In this document: positions 9,640 to 20,106 of the stretch, piece by piece | How positions within the stretch are numbered: position 1 is the first letter of the stretch | Layout: every line of letters begins with the position of its first letter | DNA from: Alphaproteobacteria bacterium | GTDB taxonomy: Bacteria > Pseudomonadota > Alphaproteobacteria > RF32 > CAG-239 | Reading direction: 5' to 3' | NCBI GenBank assembly: GCA_017457005.1 | Contig: JAFTII010000009.1 | Coordinates: 3,392 to 67,391 of the forward strand | DNA length: 64,000 bases | Notes under the pieces: model-generated | The model's database searches: none | The model's input: only the letters and a program-made list of their open reading frames with translations | Told to the model about the DNA's origin: nothing | Translations under genes and position numbers: made by a program

Positions 9640-11478
9640 TTATAATGCTTGTAAAATATATTGGCTCATTTTCTCACTATAAAATGACGGATCTGCCACC
9701 GGCTCTCCTTCAGCGATTTTTGCCTGATCCAAAAGCAATTTTACAACTTCTTCAATTTTAGTTTTATTTTTTTCATCCATAATCATATCAGCCAATTTTA
9801 TAATCAACGGATGATACGGATTTAACTCTAAGATTCGCATACTTGCAAATGCCGTATGTTGCTGATTATTTCGCATTAATCTTTCCAAATGCAAACTCAT
9901 TTGTCCGTTTTCTACCGTAAGGCTAACCGGAGACTTAGTCAGTTTTTCGGTAGCAACAACTTTACCCACTTCACTTTTCAACAGCTCTCCGACAAAATCC
10001 ATCAATTTTTGTAAACTGCCGGCATCTGCTTTAGGTTCATTTCTATCCCATTTTAAAATGTCATCCGCTTGAGAAATATGCTTTATGGCAGCTCCTTTAT
10101 AATTCGGTAATACCTGCGTCCAAAATTCATCCACCGGATCAGTCAACAAAAGTACTTCTATGTTTTTGGCGCGAAAAGCTTCTAATTGAGGATTATTCTT
10201 CAAAACATTAACGTCATCGCCCGTAATATAATAAACAACTTTTTTATCTTCTTTTATTCTCTCCAAATATTCATCTAAAGTTGTTAATTTATTTTCAAAT
10301 CCGGTCGTTGCAAAATATGCTAAAGAAGCAATTTCTTCTCTATTTGCAAAATCTTCATAAATGCCTTCTTTAAGAACAGCACCGAAGTTTTTCCAAAACA
10401 CCATATAATCATCATAATTTTTGATACGTTTTTTCAGCTCTTTTAATATTCTGGAAACCGTCCCGTGCTTAATTTTTTCAATCAACGGGCTATGCTGGAG
10501 CATTTCACGAGAAATATTAAGCGATAAATCGGCGGAATCAATTATCCCTTTTACAAATCGTAAATATGATGGTATCAACTCTTCCACTTTATCAGAAATA
10601 AAAACTCTGTTTACATACAACTTTAAGCCATTTTTCTTATCAGGCTGAAACAAATCATGAGGAGCTTCTGACGGAACGAATAATAACCCAGTATATTCTA
10701 TATTTCCTTCAGCCTTAAAATGCAATGTCAACCAAGGATCATCAAAATTATGAGATATATGATGATAAAACTCTTTATAATTGTCTTCTGTAATTTCTGA
10801 TTTATGTCTGGTCCATAGAGCCGATGCCGTATTAACGGTTTCTTCTCCGGCAGCCCCCAAATCCAAAACTATCGGATAGCCAATATGATCAGAATAAGTT
10901 CTTATGATTTGTCGTAAATATATTGTATCAGCATAATCCTTAGCATCATCTTTCAAAAACAACTTAATATCCGTTCCGTTACAATTTCTCTCAGCTAAAG
11001 ATATTTCAAAACCGTCTATTCCATTAGATTCCCATTTCCAAGCCTGCTCTTCACCTGCTCTTTTAGTAATTATTTCCACCTTGTCAGCAACCATAAATGC
11101 CGCATAAAACCCTACCCCGAACTGTCCGATAAGCTCCACTGCAGAACCGTTATCTGCTGCATTTTTAACAAATTCTGCCGTTCCTGATTTTGCAATTGTA
11201 CCCAAATGATTAATTAAATCATCTTTATTCATTCCGATTCCATTGTCAGATATTGTTAAAGTATTTTTTTCGGCATCAGCATGAATTTTAATTTTTAATT
11301 GCCCTGATTGTTTTGCTATCCCCGGATTTGTTAAAGCCATATACTTAAGCTTATCACAAGCATCAGAAGCATTAGAGATTAATTCTCTCAAGAATATTTG
11401 TTTTTCCGAATAAAGAGAATTAATCACAATATTCAACATTTTACTTACATCGGCCTGAAAACTTATCTTATCTGACAT
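9640..11478 (-). CDS. htpG: Molecular chaperone HtpG (Hsp90)
   Basis: 612 aa. The N-terminal ATPase signature is LYSEKQIFLRELISNASDACDKLKY and GQFGVGFY. Confidence 0.95.
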   Translation of the reverse strand: MSDKISFQADVSKMLNIVINSLYSEKQIFLRELISNASDACDKLKYMALTNPGIAKQSGQLKIKIHADAEKNTLTISDNGIGMNKDDLINHLGTIAKSGTAEFVKNAADNGSAVELIGQFGVGFYAAFMVADKVEIITKRAGEEQAWKWESNGIDGFEISLAERNCNGTDIKLFLKDDAKDYADTIYLRQIIRTYSDHIGYPIVLDLGAAGEETVNTASALWTRHKSEITEDNYKEFYHHISHNFDDPWLTLHFKAEGNIEYTGLLFVPSEAPHDLFQPDKKNGLKLYVNRVFISDKVEELIPSYLRFVKGIIDSADLSLNISREMLQHSPLIEKIKHGTVSRILKELKKRIKNYDDYMVFWKNFGAVLKEGIYEDFANREEIASLAYFATTGFENKLTTLDEYLERIKEDKKVVYYITGDDVNVLKNNPQLEAFRAKNIEVLLLTDPVDEFWTQVLPNYKGAAIKHISQADDILKWDRNEPKADAGSLQKLMDFVGELLKSEVGKVVATEKLTKSPVSLTVENGQMSLHLERLMRNNQQHTAFASMRILELNPYHPLIIKLADMIMDEKNKTKIEEVVKLLLDQAKIAEGEPVADPSFYSEKMSQYILQAL

Positions 11479-11511
11479 ATTTATTCTCCCAAAAATACAA
11501 CATTTACAGCT

Positions 11512-11541
11512 AATTTAGGTAGCATTTAAAAGTTTTGCAAG
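11512..11541 (-). promoter_or_regulatory. Candidate RpoH-type heat-shock promoter of htpG (CTTG-N19-CTAAATT)
   Basis: The minus strand reads CTTGcaaaacttttaaatgctacCTAAATT, ending 34 nt before the ATG. The same CTTG-N19-CTAAATT arrangement precedes grpE. Confidence 0.45.
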
Positions 11542-11615
11542 ATTATACTTGATTTATTTAATAAATTAGCTAAAGTTAGGACTGATTTTTTATAACCACA
11601 AATGGAGTTAATATA

Positions 11616-11855
11616 ATGGTTTCTGTTGTTACTGATGCTTGCGTTAAATGTAAAGCTTGTGTTGAAGTATGTCCGGTAGATGCTTTTCATGAAGCAGATA
11701 CTCAATTGGTTGTTGATCCTGATACATGTATCGGCTGTGGTGTTTGTATTTCTGAATGCCCGCAAGAAGCTATCGTTACCGATGATGAAGCTGATGATGC
11801 TGCTATCAAGTTCAATGCAGAAAATGCAAAAACTTGCCCTAATGCTAATGAATAA
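11616..11855 (+). CDS. 2x[4Fe-4S] ferredoxin
   Basis: Two CxxCxxCxxxCP clusters: CVKCKACVEVCP and CIGCGVCISECP. Confidence 0.9.
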   Translation: MVSVVTDACVKCKACVEVCPVDAFHEADTQLVVDPDTCIGCGVCISECPQEAIVTDDEADDAAIKFNAENAKTCPNANE

Positions 11856-11874
11856 TTAGTATTTACACAAAAAT

Positions 11875-11903
11875 AAAACCTCTCATTTAGAGAGGTTTTT
11901 TTT
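11875..11903 (+). terminator. Rho-independent terminator after the ferredoxin gene
   Basis: cctctc attta gagagg followed by tttttttt. Confidence 0.75.
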
Positions 11904-11992
11904 ATTATTGCATAAAGATTATTTCTAAACTAAATTACAAAGAAGAAGTAATGTATTTACGACATGACGACCATTTAGGAAAGAAAAAGAAG

Positions 11993-13003
11993 ATGAGTGA
12001 AACATATTATGACATAGTCGGTATCGGAAACGCAATTGTAGATGTATTAGCTAAGGTAGGAGAAGGTTTTTTAACTGAAAGAAATCTTCCTAAAGGTTGC
12101 ATGACTTTAATGGATGCACAAACCGCCGGGAAAATTTATATGGACATTATTCCGGAAAGAGAAGTTCCCGGAGGGTCTGCCGCTAATACCGTAGCAGGTA
12201 TAGCCTCTTTAGGAGGAACTCCTGCATTTATCGGCAAAATTCACGAAGACGAACTGGGACAGGAATTTACCAGAGATATTGGTGCTGCCGGAGTTGATTT
12301 TTTCACACCTCCGCTTACCGAAGGTCCCATGACCGGACGCAGTGTTGTTTTGGTAACTCCTGACGCCGAAAGATCCATGTTTACATACCTTGGAGCTGCC
12401 ACTCATTTAACTGAAGATGATATTGATGAAAACATCATTAAAGCCGGAAAAATAATCTACATAGAAGGATATCTTTGGGATACCGAATGTTGCCAACAAT
12501 CATTAATCAAAGCCTGTAATATAGCCCATAAATATCATCGTAAAATAGCTTTTACTTTATCTGACACAACCTGTATAATTCGCAACAGAGAAGCCATATA
12601 TAATTTTATCAAAGAGCATGTAGATGTCTTATTTGCAAATGAGGAAGAAATCAAAGCTCTGTTTGCCGAAACTGATTTTTACAAAAGTCTAGACTTAATC
12701 AAACCACATGTAGAAATCGCAGCCATTACCCGAGGAATTAAAGGATCTGTTGTGGTAAACGGAAGAACAAAAACATTTGTTGAAGCAGAAATTGTGGAAA
12801 ATGTTATAGATTCTACCGGTGCAGGTGATTTATATGCAGCAGGTTTTTTATATGGAATGACACAAGAACGCAGTCTTGGTACTTGTGCTATGATGGGATC
12901 TATTGCCGCTGCAGAAATTATAACTCATTATGGCGCCAGACCTGAAGTATCTTTACGCGGACTGGTCAGAAACAAATTAATATCCTATGGAAAAAAAGGA
13001 TAA
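11993..13003 (+). CDS. PfkB-family carbohydrate/adenosine kinase
   Basis: YDIVGIGNAIVD at the N-terminus, and DSTGAGDLYAAGFLYG (PfkB signature 2). The start was placed at MSETYY; the maximal ORF begins at 11951. Confidence 0.8.
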   Translation: MSETYYDIVGIGNAIVDVLAKVGEGFLTERNLPKGCMTLMDAQTAGKIYMDIIPEREVPGGSAANTVAGIASLGGTPAFIGKIHEDELGQEFTRDIGAAGVDFFTPPLTEGPMTGRSVVLVTPDAERSMFTYLGAATHLTEDDIDENIIKAGKIIYIEGYLWDTECCQQSLIKACNIAHKYHRKIAFTLSDTTCIIRNREAIYNFIKEHVDVLFANEEEIKALFAETDFYKSLDLIKPHVEIAAITRGIKGSVVVNGRTKTFVEAEIVENVIDSTGAGDLYAAGFLYGMTQERSLGTCAMMGSIAAAEIITHYGARPEVSLRGLVRNKLISYGKKG

Positions 13004-13017
13004 CAAAAGAGGGATGA

Positions 13018-13341
13018 CTAAACATCATCCCTCTTAAAAAGTTTCAACACCCAGCAATAGTATGTATAGCTCTCAAAAAATGCTATCATCACAAAAAATG
13101 CGGAAATACATAACATTGCTCCAAAATTACAACCGATAGTAGCTATTGTTGCCGTAGAAGCGACGAAAACGTTAAACACAACATTTAACAGCAGTAATCT
13201 TTGATAATTTTGCTTATTAAGCTTGTTTCTTTTCAATACTATTCCGTACAAAACAAAAACAAGCACTTGCAAACACACATACACTAAAGATATTCTTAAA
13301 ACACTTAAAGAACATCCTAAAAAAACAGCTAATCTCTCCAT
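13018..13341 (-). CDS. Hypothetical small membrane protein
   Basis: 107-aa hydrophobic ORF with no motif. Confidence 0.35.
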   Translation of the reverse strand: MERLAVFLGCSLSVLRISLVYVCLQVLVFVLYGIVLKRNKLNKQNYQRLLLLNVVFNVFVASTATIATIGCNFGAMLCISAFFVMIAFFESYTYYCWVLKLFKRDDV

Positions 13342-13541
13342 AATTTACATATTTTTATAAGACTAATTATAATTTTATTATTCACATAATTACCCTTATT
13401 ATATAAAATGTAAAGAAAAAAGTCTCTTTTTCTCACTAAATTATTGAATTTTAATTTTAAAAGAGTATTGTAAGGCGAATTTAAAATAATGTATAAAAAT
13501 ATCACTTATGATATGATGACCATTTAAGAAAGAAAACAAAA

Positions 13542-15359
13542 ATGAAAATGAGAAATATTGCCATAATAGCTCACGTTGACCACGGTAAAACGACTCTTGT
13601 TGACGGATTATTAAAACAAAGCGGAACTTTTAGAGAAAACCAAAAAGTTGAAACGTGTGTTATGGACAGCAATGATTTGGAAAGAGAAAGAGGAATTACG
13701 ATTCTTTCTAAATGCACTTCTGTTAATTGGCAAGGAACACACATTAATATTGTTGACACACCGGGACACGCAGATTTTGGTGGAGAAGTTGAGCGCATAT
13801 TATCAATGGTTGATGGCGTTGTTTTATTGGTGGATTCTTCAGAAGGTCCCATGCCTCAAACCAAATTTGTACTCGGAAAAGCTCTTAAATTAGGTTTATG
13901 CCCGATAGTTGTTATTAATAAAGCTGATAAAGCAGATGCTCGTTGTGATGAAGTATTAAATGAAATTTTTGATTTATTCGTAAGCCTTAATGCCAATGAT
14001 AAGCAACTTGACTTTCCGGTATTATATGCTTCCGGACGTAACGGATGGGCAGTTAACGAACTCAGCGATGAAAAGAAAGATTTAAGCCCTCTGTTTGAAC
14101 TTATATTATCTTATGTTCCTGAACCGGCTTGTGAACCGGACAAACCTTTTTCAATGTTAGCAACCACTTTAGAAGCAGATAAATTTATCGGCCGTTTGTT
14201 AACCGGAAAAATTCAATCCGGAAGTTTGCGTTTAAATGATACTGTAAAAGTTTTAAATAGCAACAACCAAGAATTAGAGCGAGTTCGTGTCAGTAAGATA
14301 TTAGCTTACCGAGGTCTTAACCGTGAAGCATTAACAGAGGCTCATGCCGGAGATATTGTTGCTGTTGCCGGTGTTGTTAAAGGAACAGTTGCCGATACTC
14401 TTTGCGCTTTTGAAGTAAACGAAGCCATTAAAGCACAACCAATTGATCCTCCGACATTGGCAATGACATTTTCTATCAATGATTCACCTTTAGCCGGACG
14501 AGAAGGCGATAAAGTAACTTCTCGTATGATATGGGATAGACTCTGCAAAGAGGCCGAAGGTAACATTGCTCTCAAAATCTCACGCACCGATTCCAGTGAT
14601 GCTTTTGAAGTTGCCGGAAGAGGAGAACTGCAACTCGGCGTTTTAATAGAAACTATGCGCCGCGAAGGATTTGAACTATCCATCTCTCGTCCTCGCGTTT
14701 TAATGAAGAGAGATGAAAACGGACAACTCTTAGAACCTATAGAAGAAGTTGTAGTAGATGTAGATGAAGAATTTTCAGGAACCGTTGTTGAAAAGATGGG
14801 ACAACGCCGAGCAGAAATGACCGATATGATTCCTTCTCAAATCGGAAACAAAGTTCGCTTGATTTTTAATGCTCCATCACGAGGCTTAATCGGATACCAT
14901 TCTGAATTTTTAACAGATACTCGCGGTACCGGTGTTATGAATCGCATATTTAAAGGCTATGAACCTCATAAAGGAGATATTGATAGCCGCCGTAACGGTG
15001 TTTTAATATCATCAGAAACCGGAACAGCCATTGCTTATTCTTTGTGGAAATTACAAGATCGTGGCCCGATGTTTATCGATTCCGGTGTACCGGTCTATAC
15101 CGGAATGATTATCGGTGAACACACCAAACCTAACGATTTAGAAGTAAATCCTTGCAAATCCAAACAATTAACCAACATTCGCGCTGCCGGAAAAGACGAA
15201 GCCATAGACTTAGTTCCGCCAAGAAAAATGAGTTTAGAACAAGGATTATCATATATTCAAGAAGACGAGCTTTTAGAAGTAACACCTAAAACCTTACGCC
15301 TACGCAAAAGGATTCTTGATCCTATAGCTCGCCGTCGTCAAAAACCAGCAGAAATATAA
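13542..15359 (+). CDS. typA: Translational GTPase TypA/BipA
   Basis: NIAIIAHVDHGKTTLVD, DTPGHADFGGEVER, NKAD; 605 aa. Confidence 0.95.
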   Translation: MKMRNIAIIAHVDHGKTTLVDGLLKQSGTFRENQKVETCVMDSNDLERERGITILSKCTSVNWQGTHINIVDTPGHADFGGEVERILSMVDGVVLLVDSSEGPMPQTKFVLGKALKLGLCPIVVINKADKADARCDEVLNEIFDLFVSLNANDKQLDFPVLYASGRNGWAVNELSDEKKDLSPLFELILSYVPEPACEPDKPFSMLATTLEADKFIGRLLTGKIQSGSLRLNDTVKVLNSNNQELERVRVSKILAYRGLNREALTEAHAGDIVAVAGVVKGTVADTLCAFEVNEAIKAQPIDPPTLAMTFSINDSPLAGREGDKVTSRMIWDRLCKEAEGNIALKISRTDSSDAFEVAGRGELQLGVLIETMRREGFELSISRPRVLMKRDENGQLLEPIEEVVVDVDEEFSGTVVEKMGQRRAEMTDMIPSQIGNKVRLIFNAPSRGLIGYHSEFLTDTRGTGVMNRIFKGYEPHKGDIDSRRNGVLISSETGTAIAYSLWKLQDRGPMFIDSGVPVYTGMIIGEHTKPNDLEVNPCKSKQLTNIRAAGKDEAIDLVPPRKMSLEQGLSYIQEDELLEVTPKTLRLRKRILDPIARRRQKPAEI

Positions 15360-15365
15360 TATTTT

Positions 15366-15400
15366 AAAGCTCCGAAATTAAAATTTCGGAGCTTTTTTTT
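15366..15400 (+). terminator. Rho-independent terminator after typA
   Basis: agctccgaaat taaa atttcggagct followed by tttttttt. Confidence 0.8.
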
Positions 15401-15431
15401 ACAAAACTTATTGTGGAGATTTTGATATTTT

Positions 15432-15794
15432 TTATCGGATTTTATTTCTATCTACGGCAACCGCAATCTGAGGTGTTTTTTTCTTAAACGGATTAATTTT
15501 ATCTAACAACTTATTTAACTTGTTTGAAGCATCCTTATTCAAACCATCAACAACCAAGGCAAGTGCATGAGCCGGTTTACCTCTGACCTCTCTACTTTTA
15601 CCAGATGCAATAACCTTATTTTCCATATATAAAGTTCTGGCTTTTTTCACAGCTTTGTAAGTTTCCGGCATATTGCTTTGCAAACACTTTGAACCTTCAG
15701 CCAATTCCAAGCCTTTTTCGGTAATTTTATTAATAAAAGTTTCCAGTCCGCTCCGCAGACCTCCAACTCCTCTGGTCTTCTTAATTTCAGTCAT
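15432..15794 (-). CDS. Hypothetical basic 120-aa protein
   Basis: ORF only; no recognised motif. Confidence 0.4.
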   Translation of the reverse strand: MTEIKKTRGVGGLRSGLETFINKITEKGLELAEGSKCLQSNMPETYKAVKKARTLYMENKVIASGKSREVRGKPAHALALVVDGLNKDASNKLNKLLDKINPFKKKTPQIAVAVDRNKIR

Positions 15795-15980
15795 AATTTA
15801 TCTCCACAAATTTCATCTCTTTTGTCTATTATCGCAAGCAAGCAAGCTTTTGTCAACAAAAAAACATCATCAAAACCCTAAAATCATAGGCAAAAGTACA
15901 TTTTATTGTTTCTTTATTACAGATAATAACCTATAATCTCTTAAAATCAACTTAATAAACCTTAAAAAGCATAATACCAC

Positions 15981-17564
15981 ATGAATTTATTTAAGTCCAT
16001 TGCCACATTTGGCGGCTTTACCCTTTTATCTCGCATAACCGGATTCTTTCGCGATATAGTTCTTGCAAACTTTCTTGGCGCCGGTTTAGTTTCTGATGCT
16101 TTTTTTGTAGCATTCAAACTTCCTAATTTATTCCGCTCTCTTTTTGCCGAAGGAGCTTTTACATCTGCTTTCGTACCCATGCTGTCTCAAAAACTTGCCT
16201 CAGAAAAAAAACAAGATGCCATTGATTTTGCAGCTCAAGCTATTTCTGTTTTAGCGTTTATCTTAGGACTATTCGTTTTATTGGTAGAAATATTAATGCC
16301 ATACGTTGTTGAAATTTTAGCACCCGGATTCGTTGATGATAAAGGCAAAATAGAATTAGCAACAGAACTTTCTCGTATTACGTTTCCTTTCTTATTATTT
16401 ATTTCTATAGTATCTTTCCAGTCAGGAATCTTAAATTCATTAGGCAAATTTGCCGCTCCGGCCGCTGCTCCGGTTTTATTAAACCTGACAATGATTCTTT
16501 CTGTTTTTATCTTTGTTCCTTTTGGAGAAACCGTTGCACATGGTATTGCTTTTGGTGTAACCACTGCCGGCTTTATAGAAATATTGTGGCTGATGTATTT
16601 TTTACATCGTCAACAAATATGGATTAAACCGGATTTCCACATTTTAAAATTATTAAAAAACACTGATATCAGGACTCTCTTCAAACGTATAGCCCCCGGA
16701 ATATTAGGTTCTGGAGTGTATCAAATAAACATGGTTGTAGATACCATTTTAGTATCTTTAGTCGGAACCGGTGCAATTTCTTGGTTATACTATGCAAATC
16801 GTTTACAACAACTGCCTTTAGGCGTTGTTGGAGCTGCGATAAGTGTCGCCACATTACCTATACTTTCTCGCCATCTTAAAACTGGCAATAATAAGGAGGC
16901 TCATGATGTGCAAACCAAGGCTTTTGAATATGGTGCTCTTCTCTCAATTCCGGCAGCAATAGCCTTAATTATCTTGGCAGAACCGACTGTAAACATTTTA
17001 TTCCAACACGGAAAATTCGGATCATTACAAACAACAATGACTGCTCAAGCTGTTATTGCCTATGCTATAGGTCTTCCCGCTTATGTATTGGTAAAAGCAC
17101 TGGCACCCAATTTTTTTGCCCGGGGAGACACTAAAACTCCTGTAAAATATAGTGTTGTTGCATTATTTGCTAACTTAAGTTTTGCCGTTATACTAATGAA
17201 ACCTTTCGGACATGTTGGCATAGCTACAGCCACCACAATTGCAGCATTTGTATCTTTAGGACAATACCTGAAAGGTCTAAACAACAAATGCTTTTGGTCT
17301 TGTTCACACATTCTCATCAAACAAATCATCAAAATAACTGTTTGCTCACTCATAATGGGTATCGTAATAAAGCTTGGCCTGATTATATTAAATTTATATT
17401 ACTCAAACTGGCTACTTTTACCGATAACCGCCAAAATTACTTTTTACACTTTACTTTGTATTTTAGGACTTGCAGCTTTTACAATAAGCGCTAAACTGAC
17501 TAAGACCATAAATTTTTTAGAAATAAAATCTCTTATTTGTAACCGGAGAAAATCTGATGCTTAA
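15981..17564 (+). CDS. murJ: Lipid II flippase MurJ (MviN)
   Basis: 527 aa. N-terminal TLLSRITGFFRDIVLANFLGAG..DAFFVAFKLPNLFRSLFAEGAF is the classic MurJ signature. Many TM helices. Confidence 0.9.
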   Translation: MNLFKSIATFGGFTLLSRITGFFRDIVLANFLGAGLVSDAFFVAFKLPNLFRSLFAEGAFTSAFVPMLSQKLASEKKQDAIDFAAQAISVLAFILGLFVLLVEILMPYVVEILAPGFVDDKGKIELATELSRITFPFLLFISIVSFQSGILNSLGKFAAPAAAPVLLNLTMILSVFIFVPFGETVAHGIAFGVTTAGFIEILWLMYFLHRQQIWIKPDFHILKLLKNTDIRTLFKRIAPGILGSGVYQINMVVDTILVSLVGTGAISWLYYANRLQQLPLGVVGAAISVATLPILSRHLKTGNNKEAHDVQTKAFEYGALLSIPAAIALIILAEPTVNILFQHGKFGSLQTTMTAQAVIAYAIGLPAYVLVKALAPNFFARGDTKTPVKYSVVALFANLSFAVILMKPFGHVGIATATTIAAFVSLGQYLKGLNNKCFWSCSHILIKQIIKITVCSLIMGIVIKLGLIILNLYYSNWLLLPITAKITFYTLLCILGLAAFTISAKLTKTINFLEIKSLICNRRKSDA

Positions 17565-18558
17565 AAATTTAAAAAAACAAATCAAACTTCTAATAAAAAA
17601 AGTATCGGATTACTTTATAAATATGTATAACAAAATCCCACATATCCGTTCTCACAAAGCATGGAAAAAATCCATATTAATAATTTTTGTAATGTTCTTT
17701 ATTTTATATTATCCGCTGGGAGCTATCCTGACTCACAATATAAATACTGACTTAAATTATGAACCGGATACAGAGAAAGCAACATCTGCAAGCATAGCTG
17801 CACTGTCTCATTTAATTTATCAGGAAGTTTACGAAAACACATGGACTCCATCTCTTCCTTTTATTTTTCCGGCTGCAATATTAGATAACATGCCTTCATT
17901 TCAGCAAGGCGTCATCTCCTCAGTCCAAAAAACCGCAGAAGCCTTAGCTCAAACTCAAACCGGAGTTATAGCTTCCGAACAACAAAATCCTCTATTAACA
18001 GCAGCAGAACTGCTAAAATATCCTCCTACAATTTGGATGTTTTCTGCAAACAATCAACTGGCACCATCATCTAACAGTCAATACCGCAGAGCTCGCAAAC
18101 ATCTTCAAAAATATAATGATTTGATTTCAGATGGCAGAGCTTCTTTTTCTGTTACTCCGGACAACCTCCGTATTTTACTGAACGCCGTTGGAAAAGATCT
18201 TTTCAATACAGCTATAAATTTAGAAGACCATATTAGAGAGCATAACGGCATAACAGATATAAAATCAGACGAAAGTTTTTACTATACTCAAGGAAAAATG
18301 TTCGGATACTATATAATATCCAAGGGTATAATGAATGATTATAAAAACATACTCATAGATTACAATTTATATCCTATTTTTACAAGCATCCAAAAAGCTC
18401 TTGAAAATGCCTCTCTATTATCCCCGTTGATTATACGAAACAGTAACCCCCAATCAATTTTTGGGGCCAACCACTTATTTGTTTTAGGACACTATGCCCT
18501 TAAAACATCTTTATTAATCAGACAACTTATATCTAAATTGCCTACTGCTAATAATTAA
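17557..18558 (+). CDS. Hypothetical membrane-anchored protein (possibly DUF2333-like)
   Basis: 333 aa with a single N-terminal TM. Overlaps the murJ stop by 8 nt. The family assignment is from memory only. Confidence 0.5.
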   Translation: MLKNLKKQIKLLIKKVSDYFINMYNKIPHIRSHKAWKKSILIIFVMFFILYYPLGAILTHNINTDLNYEPDTEKATSASIAALSHLIYQEVYENTWTPSLPFIFPAAILDNMPSFQQGVISSVQKTAEALAQTQTGVIASEQQNPLLTAAELLKYPPTIWMFSANNQLAPSSNSQYRRARKHLQKYNDLISDGRASFSVTPDNLRILLNAVGKDLFNTAINLEDHIREHNGITDIKSDESFYYTQGKMFGYYIISKGIMNDYKNILIDYNLYPIFTSIQKALENASLLSPLIIRNSNPQSIFGANHLFVLGHYALKTSLLIRQLISKLPTANN

Positions 18559-18569
18559 GGATTTTATTC

Positions 18570-19112
18570 ATGATTATAGAAACACAAACAACGCCTGACA
18601 AAAATGTAATAAATTTCTTTCCTCCTACCTCACTGATAAAATCAGGTCACGCCGAATTTGCCGATGCAAAATCCATACGAAAATCGCCCTTAGCCGAAGA
18701 ACTTTTTGATATTGAAGGCATCGTTTCTGTTTTCATAACATCTGAATTAATATCTGTTACCAAGCAAGATAATACCGAATGGAGCATATTAAAACCGCAA
18801 ATCATGGCAACCATCATGGACTATATTTCAACAGGAGAAGAAATTATAGTTCCTCAGACAACATCCAAAAACGATATAATATCTCAAATAAAAGGGCTTC
18901 TTGACGCTCGCATTCGTCCGGCGGTTAAACAAGATGGCGGAGACATTGCTTTTTTAGACTTTAAAGATGGCATAGTTTATGTGGAAATGCAAGGTTCTTG
19001 CAAAGGTTGCCCCTATGCAATGGTAACTCTTAAAGAAGGTGTTGAAAAAATACTAAAAACCTATATTCCCGAAATAAAAGAAGTTCGCAATCAAACTCCT
19101 GAAGGAGAATAA
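18570..19112 (+). CDS. NifU/Nfu-type Fe-S cluster scaffold protein
   Basis: 180 aa. Nfu_N-like N-terminus, and C-terminal RPAVKQDGGDIAFLDF...GSCKGCPYA (CxxC). Confidence 0.8.
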   Translation: MIIETQTTPDKNVINFFPPTSLIKSGHAEFADAKSIRKSPLAEELFDIEGIVSVFITSELISVTKQDNTEWSILKPQIMATIMDYISTGEEIIVPQTTSKNDIISQIKGLLDARIRPAVKQDGGDIAFLDFKDGIVYVEMQGSCKGCPYAMVTLKEGVEKILKTYIPEIKEVRNQTPEGE

Positions 19113-19113
19113 G

Positions 19114-20034
19114 ATGTTTTTTCGTCGGATTATTTTTATTCTTTGCTTATTAACCAATCCGGCTATGGCGGCAGAAAGCATTGAAATAGGTCAGGTTACC
19201 ACCAAACAACTGGAAGAAATTTTCTCTTTTTACCAATACAGCGGCGAAAAAGACTATTTAATGATACCCGAATATAATTATCCGCCAATTTTTTGTAATT
19301 ACTTTCCATCTGATTTTAATCAAATTACTGACGAAAAAAAACGTAATGCACTATTTATCAAAATTTTGGCTCCCATAGCCTTACGCATAAACAACGAAAT
19401 CATCAATGAACGCAAAGAACTTAAAAATGTCGCGCAAAGCCTTAAAGATAAAGGTTCTCTTACCCAAAAACAAATTCAATTTCTTGAAGAAAAAGCAAAA
19501 AAATATGATGTCTTCACTCGCTTAAAAGACGATTACCGTTATAGTTTTCTGATTGAAAAACTTTTGCAAAAAATTCACGTTGTGGCTCCATCTATCCTTA
19601 TTATCGGCGCCGCTCTTGAAACCAACTGGGGAACTTCACGAATAGTAAAAGAAGGAAATTCTCTATATAAAGCTCTCGCTTGGCATACTAAAGAAGGATT
19701 AAAGCCCATCGGAGAAAAAGAAGATGACAGCTACAGAATTAAAACTTACCCCAACATATATGCCTCCATGCAAGAGTTTGCACTAAAAATAAATTCCAGT
19801 ATTTCTTTTGAAAATTTCAGAGGTTTTCGCCAACAAGTCATTGATAGACGCACACTATTACTTGGTTCAACATTGGCTCCTTATCTTGTCTGGAACTCCC
19901 CACTGAAGAACTACGCCGGTTTATTTGAATACACACTTTCTTATTATGAACTCAATATAATTGACAAATCAATTTTGAATAGTAAAATGATAGCAAAAGA
20001 ATTACCTAAACACTTAAAAGGTCTCACTTTGTAA
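19114..20034 (+). CDS. Bax-like glucosaminidase-domain protein (secreted)
   Basis: Has a signal peptide. ILIIGAALETNWGTSRIVKEGNSLYK resembles the Bax/COG2992 mannosyl-glycoprotein endo-beta-N-acetylglucosaminidase-like domain. Confidence 0.55.
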   Translation: MFFRRIIFILCLLTNPAMAAESIEIGQVTTKQLEEIFSFYQYSGEKDYLMIPEYNYPPIFCNYFPSDFNQITDEKKRNALFIKILAPIALRINNEIINERKELKNVAQSLKDKGSLTQKQIQFLEEKAKKYDVFTRLKDDYRYSFLIEKLLQKIHVVAPSILIIGAALETNWGTSRIVKEGNSLYKALAWHTKEGLKPIGEKEDDSYRIKTYPNIYASMQEFALKINSSISFENFRGFRQQVIDRRTLLLGSTLAPYLVWNSPLKNYAGLFEYTLSYYELNIIDKSILNSKMIAKELPKHLKGLTL

Positions 20035-20106
20035 CAAAAACTTAATATTATACTAAAAGCACAATATGCTATAATAATAACTGGGTACAAATAAAAAGAT
20101 TTTGAG

